Shown here: one piece after another, positions 54,953-64,000 of the stretch
How the letters are laid out: every line of letters starts with the position of its first letter
Position numbering within the stretch: position 1 is the stretch's first letter
Assembly (NCBI GenBank): GCA_048128005.1
Contig: JBEUKZ010000071.1
Coordinates: 1 to 64,000 of the forward strand
Length of the DNA: 64,000 nucleotides
Direction: 5' to 3'
From: Veleropilina oligotropha
Taxonomy: Eukaryota
Program-made: the position numbers and the translations under genes
Notes under the pieces: model-generated
Seen by the model: only the letters and a program-made list of their open reading frames with translations
What the model was told of the DNA's origin: nothing
Databases searched by the model: none

Positions 54953-55785
54953 TGAACAGATTTGGGGCGATGTTTAATACCAGATTTTAACACTCTTCAG
55001 GTTCATACCAAGACGTCATATTATCGCGAGACGAAAGCAAGGTCACCACAGAAAACCGCCCAGTATTGGACAACTGTGACTGTTCAAGTAACCACTGAGG
55101 ACTCGCTCCTGTTACTCAGAGCGGTCGGGAGAGTGAAATCAGACCAACCTGAACTCGCTCCTGTTACTCAGAGCGGTCGGGAGAGTGAAATCGGACCAAC
55201 CTGAACCATTTGAGACAAATAAACAGTGACTGTTTTAAAGTAAACTACACATTCTCACAGCAGACCTTGTAAATTTGTAATTCACTGATGCCAAAGAGTG
55301 ATGAGACGCTCAAAGATTGAATGAAGACTCCCACAAATAGCAATATTAATATGAATTTTATTTGCTCAAAGCATGTAATTCAATATATACAAAGCAAAAA
55401 GAAAATTAAAGTGATCATTTGACAATAAACATCTACAAGTCAATACAAGATGAGCAGTGTTTAACAATATGTCAGTGAAAATATGCAGAGGATATGTAAA
55501 TCAATGTGATCTTGAAATGATTATTGAACAGAAATATGTTGATGATATGCATTTCGAAAAACTCCAATACACCCTTACTATGCATCAGTGAATTACAAAA
55601 TTATGAATATGATAAAAAACTGACATTCTAACATGTGACGTATGCACCCAGCAACATTGTTTAACTGCTGATCCACGCAAACATACTACTGCATATTTTT
55701 GCCCATTCTGATTGGCCAAAAGTCAGTCACATGGTTTGGATTATGACGCAATGTTTTGATTTGGTTTGAATCGATGCTTAACATC

Positions 55786-56538
55786 CGGTTTAGGTTCATA
55801 CCTGGACATTGACATATCGCAGGATGAATGCACCGTTTAGGTTCATACCTGGACATTGACATATCGCAGGATGAATGCACCGTTTAGGTTCATACCTGGA
55901 CATTGACATATCGCAGGATGAATGCACCGTTTAGGTTCATACCTGGACATCGACATATCGCAGGATGAATGCACCGTTTAGGTTCATATCTGGACATCGA
56001 CATATCGCAGGATGAATGCACCGTTTAGGTTCATACCAGGGCATCGACATATCGCAGGATGAATGCACCGTTTAGGTTCATATCTGGACATCGACATATC
56101 GCAGGATGAATGCACCGTTTAGGTTCATACCAGGACATCGACATATCGCAGGATGAATGCACCGTTTAGGTTCATACCTGGACATCGACATATCGCAGGA
56201 TGAATGCACCGTTTAGGTTCATACCAGGGCATCGACATATCGCAGGATGAATGCACCGTTTAGGTTCATACCAGGGCATCGACATATTGCAGGATGAATG
56301 CACCGTTTAGGTTCATACCAGGGCATCGACATATCGCAGGATGAATGCACCGTTTAGGTTCATATCTGGACATCGACATATCGCAGGATGAATGCACCGT
56401 TTAGGTTCATACCTGGACATTGACATATCGCAGGATGAATGCACCGTTTAGGTTCATATCTGGACATCGACATATCGCAGGATGAATGCACCGTTTAGGT
56501 TCATACCAGGACATCGACATATGCAGGATGAATGCACC
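55786..56538. repeat. 47-bp minisatellite, ~16 copies
   Basis: ccgtttaggttcatacctggacatcgacatatcgcaggatgaatgca. Confidence 0.96.
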
Positions 56539-56645
56539 AGGTCAGCTATGGATAACATATGACTGCTCATTGAACTAAGCGCTCATCGAGGATTTGAACT
56601 CGCTCGTGTTAGACAGAGCAGTCAAGTAAGTGAAGCCCAAGCTCC

Positions 56646-56822
56646 TGTCAACTCGGCGACCGGTGCGATAACGATGTCAACTCGGCTACCGGTGCGATAA
56701 CGATGTCAACTCGGCGACCGGTGCGATAACGATGTCAACACGGCGACCGGTGCGATAACGATGTCAACTCGGCGACCGGTGCGATAACGATGTCAACTCG
56801 GCGACCGGTGCGATAATGATGT
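56646..56822. repeat. 29-bp tandem repeat x6 at a SINE 5' end
   Basis: tgtcaactcggcgaccggtgcgataacga; adjoins a minus-strand tRNA-like head (56581-56660). Confidence 0.88.
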
Positions 56823-57291
56823 TAATGTGACAAATTTGTTGACGGGATATTTTGATTGGAAAGAAGTCAGCCACAATGAAGATTCTGTTGATATTTCAGT
56901 CAAAATGGCATGCATAAATCACAGTCGTCATGATAAACATGGCTTACAAAAAGAGCATTTGAGTACATCTATAATATTATAATACCATATTAACATAAAT
57001 TAATGACTAACTTATCTGAAAGCTCTGTGATAAAACAAATCAATTATTATCTTCTGTGTCCATGAATCAGTAATTTATCTATCTTGTGGAAGGTGATATT
57101 TTCTTCGATGAAGATCACTTTCCTCAACGAATAAATTATAGGATTCACAAAACTCAAGCTAATATTAAATTGTATAATATACAATAATCCAACAATATCA
57201 AGGAAATTAATTTTCACTGATCCTGATTCATAAAACAACGTAATATCATCATAAATACAACGTAATATCACCATAAATGCAACGTAATATC

Positions 57292-57583
57292 ATCATAATG
57301 GAGCATTATAATAGGCTTGTCATAATGGTGACCATTATAATAGGCTTGTCTTAATGGTGATCATTATAATAGGCTTGTCATAATGGTGATCATTATAATA
57401 GGCTTGTCTTAATGGTGATCATTATAATAGGCTTGTCATAATGGTGATCATTATAATAGGCTTGTCTTAATGGTGATGCATTATAATAGGCTTGTCATAA
57501 TGGTGAAGCATTATAATAGGCTTGTCATAATGGTGATCATTATAATAGGCTTGTCATAATGGTGAAGCGTTATAATAGGCTTG
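57292..57583. repeat. 29-bp minisatellite, ~10 copies
   Basis: cattataataggcttgtcataatggtgat. Confidence 0.95.
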
Positions 57584-57755
57584 AAGATAAGATTAATACC
57601 TGTTCAACGTTGCTAACGTATCATATATATTTTTTTAACACCATCTTAAAACCAACCGAAATGAGATCAGATTATACTCAATTGATAATATAATAGTTCA
57701 ACAGAGATAGAGTTTTAGCTATGATCAGAATCTGAGATTACATAATGTGATTACC

Positions 57756-58028
57756 AAGAAAAGGAAAGGATCGATGCTTAATGTCCTGTATATTTCCAAC
57801 CATCATTTGGTTCAATCTAGGACATGTCCGTATTATCGCAGGAGGAAAGCCTGGTCGCCCGGGGAAATGTGCCCTCTTCGACCAGTCACGGACAACTGTG
57901 ATTCATAACTTGAACAAATGTGTGATGCCTCAGCCAGGGGTCGAACCCACTACTGTTCGCGTCAGTGGAATCATGTCAGTGATTTTCGGAATCCACAACC
58001 GGTAACACACGACTGTCGAAGCGGCCCC
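57756..58028 (-). mobile_element. SINE family A copy
   Basis: Homologous to the other copies; TSD tgtgattacc. Confidence 0.85.
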
Positions 58029-58546
58029 TGTGATTACCCAGACCGTACCACTGTGCTGTCGAGGCGGCCCCTGTGATTACCCAGACCGTACCACTGTACT
58101 GTCGAAGCGGCCCCTGTGATTACCCCGAGACGGACACACATTAGCATCATCCGCAAGTGGACGTCTATAACTGCTATTTAAATCTCATAGAAAAATAAAG
58201 TCAAAATTTGTTAAGGATATATACTGTTCAAACAAGGAATATGAACGAGATCCTAATATCCTCATGAGTAGGGTAAACAAAAACTGTCTTGAGTACATGA
58301 ACTTAACGCAGGACCAATAATAATGCACCATATATAGAAATATGGAAGTGTCCTGTGCATAAACTGACCAGAAAACAATATAAAATTCATCAATACAAAA
58401 TGCCAAATTCATCTGCATTATTAAATTAGGCTTAAATAAAAAATAGAAAATATTTCGCTTGGAACATCAACTAGTTTCCATGACAACTGTTGCCATGTAT
58501 GTTAGCACCAATGAGAAGTGAATTGTGCTACTATGGTAACGCGACA

Positions 58547-58722
58547 TCACTGGTGCCAGCCTGCCTGATTGACAGCCGTAACCGGCGCGACCTTGAAGTA
58601 CCTAATGCTGCCGGCGCTTGCCTGCCCGGCGCTGCCTGGGGTGGGCACGCCTCTGTCGACGGAGGGCTGGCTCCCGCTCCCCTTCAGGACCTGGATGCAC
58701 TTCCAGCTGTTCAAGTAATTTG
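58547..58722 (-). CDS. SEH1L: SEH1 C-terminal exon (read-through form)
   Basis: ttgtag|CA AAT...; (A)NYLNSWKCIQVLKGSGSQPSVDRGVPTPGSAGQASAGSIRYFKVAPVTAVNQAGWHQ*; possible internal donor AG|gtactt after 58602. Confidence 0.9.
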
Positions 58723-58731
58723 CTACAACCA

Positions 58732-58879
58732 AAATGAGGAGCGTGTAGGACATATATAACTGCAGATCAAATGAGGAGCGTGTAGGACATATATAACTGC
58801 AGATCAAATGAGGAGCGTGTAGGACATATATAACTGCAGATCAAATGAGGAGCGTGTAGGACATATATAACTGCAGATC
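58732..58879. repeat. 37-bp tandem repeat x4 abutting a SEH1 acceptor
   Basis: aaatgaggagcgtgtaggacatatataactgcagatc. Confidence 0.93.
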
Positions 58880-59060
58880 TTTATTAATTGTCAAAGCGCA
58901 AACATATCATAAAGAGCCTGGTATAAAGGTATGTATAAAAGCAATATTTTTGTTCGCTAATAACCTACATTGTAACTAATTTAAGTCAAAATCTAGAACA
59001 AAACGTAAACAATGTCCATAAAAATTTGTTGTAAATCAAACACCAATCAATCACACAGAA

Positions 59061-60077
59061 AACTAGCGAATCCTCGACCCAGCAAGTCGAGGGGATGTAT
59101 CCCCTCCTACGGTAGCGGAAATCAATGGGCACCATGTCCTCATCATGCCAAACATGTATACCAACTTGAATTAGAACTATTCATTGTAGATCGCGCACAA
59201 GAAATATCTTCGGATAAAGTGGCCGCCGGGACGGCCATCTTGGATCCAAAAACAAAAGGAAATCATTAGGTGGTATGTCCTCATCATAACTAACGTGCAT
59301 ATATATCAAATTTGAATCAAATAGGAAAATAACTTTTCACTGTAGAGCATGCACAAAAATCTCTTCAAATAAAATGGCCGCCAAGGCGGCCATCTTGGAT
59401 CCGAAAATCGTTACGTGGCGTTTCCTCATCATAACTAACATGCATACCAAATTTGAATCAAATCGGATAATAACTTATCACTGTAGAGCATGCACAAGAA
59501 ACCTAATCAACCAAAATGGCCGACTTGGATCTGAAAACGACGAAAATAGTTAGGTGGCGTGTCCTCATCATGACTAAAGTGCATACCAAATATGAATCAA
59601 ATCGGATAATAACTTTTCACTGTAGAGCGCGCACAAGAAATCTCTTCAAATAAAATGGCAAAGATGGCGGCCATCTTGGATCCGAAAACGACGAAAATCC
59701 TTAGGTGGCGTGTCCTCATCATAACTGACGTGCGTATAATCGTTGGGTGGCGTGTCCTCATCATAACTGACGTGCGTATAATCGTTAGGCGGCGTGTCCT
59801 CATCATAACTGACGTGCGTATAATCGTTAGGCGGCGTGTCCATATCATAACTGACGCGCGTATAATAGTTAGGTGGCGTGTCCTCATCATAACTGACGTG
59901 CGTATAATCGTTAGGTGGCGTGTCATCATCATAACTGACGTGCTCACCAAATTTGAATCAAATCAGATTAGAACCTTTCACTGCAGAGTGCACATAAGAA
60001 ATCTCTGCAGCGGCGGCTGAACGATGACTAAACCATAGTATACTATCCCCGAAATGTTAAATTTCGGGGATACAATA
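59061..60077 (-). mobile_element. Helentron/HINE-like element with internal tandem repeats
   Basis: aactag end with ctcgac..gtcgag hairpin; terminal tatccccgaaat..atttcggggata hairpin; repeated ggcggccatcttggatccg and 39-bp gtcctcatcataactgacg units. Confidence 0.72.
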
Positions 60078-60217
60078 ATGCTTGCTTCTTTTGAGCATAA
60101 ACAGAAAAAGAAAATGTGAGCTAAAATAACCTTTATCAAATGCACTAAAATTAAAGTGGATCCACAACTCTCATTTTAAGTCGAGAAACAAACGAAAATG
60201 CCTGCTTTGGATCTTAC

Positions 60218-60296
60218 CTTTCCAGATGCGCACTTTTCCGTCGTCCCCGGAAGATGCGAGCACCGTCCCCGTCACGTTCCAGCACACACGCCATAC
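60218..60296 (-). CDS. SEH1L: Nucleoporin SEH1 coding exon (last WD40 repeat)
   Basis: atccag|GTA...AAA G|gtaaga; [26 protein letters not shown]. Confidence 0.96.
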
Positions 60297-61652
60297 CTGG
60301 ATGGGAGGAGGAAAACGAGAAGGCTACAATATCAGACACGCCAAAACCTGGATGGGGAGAGGAAACCGAGAAGGCAACAATATCAGACACGCCATACCTG
60401 GATGGGGAGAGAAAAACGAGAAGGCTACAATATCAGACACGCCATACCTGGATGGGGAGAGGAAAACGAGAAGGCTACAATATCAGACACGCCATACCTG
60501 GATGGGGAGAGGAAAACGAGAAGGCTACAATATCCGACATGCCATACCTGGATGGGAGGAGGAAAACGAGAAGGCTACAATATCAGACACGCCATACCTG
60601 GATGGGAGGAGGAAAACGAGAAGGCAACAATATCACACACGCCATACATGGATGGGAGGAGGAAAACGAGAAGGCTACAATATCACACACGCCATACCTG
60701 GATGGGAGGAGGAAACCGAGAAGGCTACAATATCAGACACGCCATACCTGGATGGGCAGAGGAAAACGAGAAGGCTACAATATCAGACACGCCATGCCTG
60801 GATGGGAGGAAAACGAGAAGGCTACAATATCAGACACGCCATGCCTGGATGGGAGGAGGAAAACGAGAAGGCTACAATATCACACACGCCATGCCTGGAT
60901 GGGAGAGGAAAACGAGAAGGCTACAATATCAGACACGCCATACCTGGATGGGAGGAAAACGAGAAGGCTACAATATCAGACACGCCATGCCTGGATGGGA
61001 GAGGAAAACGAGAAGGCTACAATATCAGACACGCCATGCCTGGATGGGAGGAGGAAAACGAGAAGGCTACAATATCAGACACACCATACCTGGATGGGAG
61101 GAGGAAAACGAGAAGGCTACAATATCAGACACGCCATACCTGGATGGGCAGAGGAAAACGAGAAGGCTACAATATCAGACACGCCATACCTGGATGGGAG
61201 GAAAACGAGAAGGCTACAATATCAGACACGCCATACCTGGATGGGAGGAGGAAAACGAGAAGGCTACAATATCAGACACGGCATACCTGGATGGGAGGAG
61301 GAAAACGAGAAGGCTACAATATCACACACGGCATACCTGGATGGGAGGAGGAAAACGAGAAGGCTACAATATCACACACGCCATACCTGGATGGGAGGAG
61401 GAAAACGAGAAGGCTACAATATCACACACGCCATACCTGGATGGGAGGAGGAAAACGAGAAGGCTACAATATCAGACACGCCATACCTGGATGGGAGGAA
61501 AACGAGAAGGCTACAATATCAGACACGCCATACCTGGATGGGAGGAAAACGAGAAGGCTACAATATCAGACACGCCATACCTGGATGGGAGGAGGAAAAC
61601 GAGAAGGCTACAATATCAGACACGCCATACCTGGATGGGAGGAGGAAAACGA
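60286..61652 (-). repeat. 47-50-bp splice-acceptor repeat, ~27 copies
   Basis: Minus-strand unit gtatggcgtgtctgatattgtagccttctcgttttcctcctcccatccag; overlaps the first 11 nt of the SEH1 exon. Confidence 0.97.
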
Positions 61653-61942
61653 TTGAATAAGTGAATGCTCATCGAGAAGGCTACAATATCAGTCGTAAAA
61701 CGGTTGATCCGACTTCCATATTTTGTTCATAGAATTTCCGAATGTTTTCCTATCTTGGTTTTATACAATGGCATCGTTACAAATAAAGCATTTCATGGTT
61801 AACAATGCACCCCATTTAAGACAAGCACTCGTAATAACATGATATCCTATTATCGGCGGAAAAAACTGGCCCTTAATTTTTATATAGAAGATATGACACA
61901 TTATTAATAACAATTAGCAGTTCGCCATTATGAATTCCTCAC

Positions 61943-62027
61943 CTGTGATTCGTGTTCTTCAAATTGCCCTACGAGCTTCATTTCCAATTTTGTGACACCA
62001 GCGTTACCAGTTAAAGCAGAGTCTCGT
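61943..62027 (-). CDS. SEH1L: Nucleoporin SEH1 coding exon
   Basis: ttccag|A CGA...TCA CAG|gtgagg; RDSALTGNAGVTKLEMKLVGQFEEHESQ; phases match both neighbours. Confidence 0.92.
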
Positions 62028-62169
62028 CTGGAAATGAGAAAAATCGTTAATGCTAAATGCTTTGAAACAATATGCAATGCAAAGCAAATTACAATCTTTA
62101 GTGATCTGAAATCAGTGTTATTAATATTAAACATATTCAAAGCAGAATATACTTGTTTTGATAAGTATT

Positions 62170-62391
62170 AACTAGAAATATGTCCATCGGACACGAATGC
62201 CCCCACTGGCAGCCTTGACCATAGGGGCAGTGTACAAAGTATCAAGTCAATCCATGAAGGCAAATAGAAGTTATAGCAGATTGGAGTTGCTTACACGCAA
62301 ATACTGGTTTCGGGACGGACAGGACGGGACGGACGGGACGGACAAGAGTAAATCTAAATGCCACCCCAATAAATTGGTGGTGGCATAAAAA
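62170..62391 (-). mobile_element. HINE family B short copy
   Basis: Near-identical to 63445-63666. Confidence 0.85.
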
Positions 62392-62400
62392 TCCACTTAC

Positions 62401-62541
62401 CTAAGGGGCTTTAATGTTACTATTTTCAAATCCTTCGAGGCTATTGCGAGTAGGTGATAAGTTCGTCCGAGATTTGGAGCAAAGGCAATATCGTGGACTG
62501 GTTCTGTTACAGATGAGATGGTTTCCGCTTTGGCCCATTTC
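62401..62541 (-). CDS. SEH1L: Nucleoporin SEH1 coding exon
   Basis: gaaag|G AAA...CTT AG|gtaagt; [46 protein letters not shown]. Confidence 0.95.
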   Translation of the reverse strand, partial: EMGQSGNHLICNRTSPRYCLCSKSRTNLSPTRNSLEGFENSNIKAP

Positions 62542-63444
62542 CTTTCAAATTTAAAGTATAAAACAGGGTTCAAGTATTGCATTATTGTATCTAAAGGTAA
62601 ATATAATTAATACACCCTGCCAAGATAAAATCAACATCATCTAGGCTGGAACAAACAAAACTTGGCCAAAAATGCGATCGTAAACTATGCAGGGATCAGT
62701 GAAACAAAATATTATCAAAAACATGACGTTATCATACCACCAGTTAATGCAAAAGCAACAAAATTTGAATGAATGATTTGATGATTATACCCAGCAATTT
62801 TTCAGTCAAAATCGGATAGATATCTTAGTTGCTTCCAACAAAAATATAAATATACATAAATTATATTTAAGTTTATATAATATTCACAGGGGATTACCAA
62901 GGAGCTACAGGCATCCCTCACATGTTTAGCCTGCGACCGATAAAGATTTTGGTGTTGCCTAATTGCTGTTACTGTTGAAAGACGAAGGCCAAAGTTGAGA
63001 AACTGCCTTGACAAACATCTCGTGCCCCCGCCACAGGTGCGACATTTCCTCGACAAATACCTGGGTCCCCCTCCTCAGTATCACACACACTCAGGAAACT
63101 TGAACTTGCAGTCAAGACGCAGAAACAATTACATGTATAAACGATTTTCCTCCTATCGGATGCTTTCGATTGGAGCTTATTTTCCTACTACGCCAGGGGT
63201 TCTGCTGCGACATGTCCATATATGGAAGAAACATTAGAAGACACCTAATTTTGAAGTAGCGAAATATTTCCATTTGTGGTCATTGCTCTACCACAGTGTC
63301 ATTGAATCGTCTTCCGTTGATGAGAGCTGTCAATCATCAACCACATCTAACTAAATGGAATGATATGACTGGCCAATTCTTTCCTTGCCACTTAATCTCT
63401 ATAATTCCAAGTTCCATATTTTAACTATCACAGGACACAGTAAT

Positions 63445-63666
63445 AACTAGAAATATGTCCATCGGACACGAATGCCCCCACTGGCAGCCTTGACCATAGG
63501 GGCAGTGTACAAAGTATCAAGTCAATCCATGAAGGCAAATAGAAGTTATAGCAGATTGGAGTTGCTTACACGCAAATACTGGTTTCGGGACGGACGGGAC
63601 GGGACGGACGGGACGGACAAGAGTAAATCTAAATGCCACCCCAATAAATTGGTGGTGGCATAAAAA
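63445..63666 (-). mobile_element. HINE family B short copy
   Basis: Near-identical to 62170-62391. Confidence 0.85.
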
Positions 63667-63691
63667 TTCAATGTTCACATTGTAGCCACAC

Positions 63692-63784
63692 CTGGTATTG
63701 TCGTTGTATTCATACACATGGACCTTTCCGCCAGCTGCCGGATTGGCATCATCACTACCGACAGCTATCATCGGAGGATGGGCT
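63692..63784 (-). CDS. SEH1L: Nucleoporin SEH1 (WD40) coding exon
   Basis: tttcag|A GCC...ACC AG|gtgtgg; (R)AHPPMIAVGSDDANPAAGGKVHVYEYNDNT(R), recognisable SEH1 PMIAVGSDD motif. Confidence 0.93.
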
Positions 63785-64000
63785 CTGAAAATAGAGACAG
63801 GTATGTATACATAATCACCACGTCTAACGAGGTATAGAGAGAGAATAACATTCATTCAAGGAATATTAATTCAAAGGCCAACATTTTTCGCAGCAATCAA
63901 GATTTTAACAATTTTAAGTTCACACATCATCTGCTGACTCGATACTTTCATTTTCATACAATAAAATTAATGTGATATGAATCAGTTTAGTTTTACAACC

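Noticed and set aside
60198..61664. Three ~480-aa overlapping + strand ORFs
   Set aside because: Antisense read of the SEH1 acceptor repeat.

Overview
Eukaryotic (metazoan, probably lophotrochozoan invertebrate) genomic DNA; no prokaryotic features. Two intron-rich genes lie tail to tail. On +: the 3' half of a G-protein alpha-s (GNAS-like) gene, six coding exons from 3836 to 37495 plus a long putative 3' UTR. On -: the 3' half of nucleoporin/GATOR2 subunit SEH1, five exons from 63784 to 58547 plus a candidate alternative last exon at 51071-50978. Introns and the intergenic space are packed with nested mobile DNA: a structurally complete but coding-dead DIRS1-type retrotransposon (ITRs + ICR; RT/RH/MT/YR), a Penelope remnant, tRNA-derived SINEs, Helentron/HINE-like elements, and hAT- and pogo-like MITEs. 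About 20 unrelated minisatellites cover roughly a third of the window. The most striking pattern is that several arrays are amplified functional signals. These are ~150 copies of a Gas exon end plus 5' splice donor (39 bp, in frame), ~27 copies of a SEH1 3' splice site that each read as a complete GT-branch-polyY-AG mini-intron, and ~74 copies of a Pol III B-box between the two genes. Most long ORFs in the supplied track are repeat artefacts.
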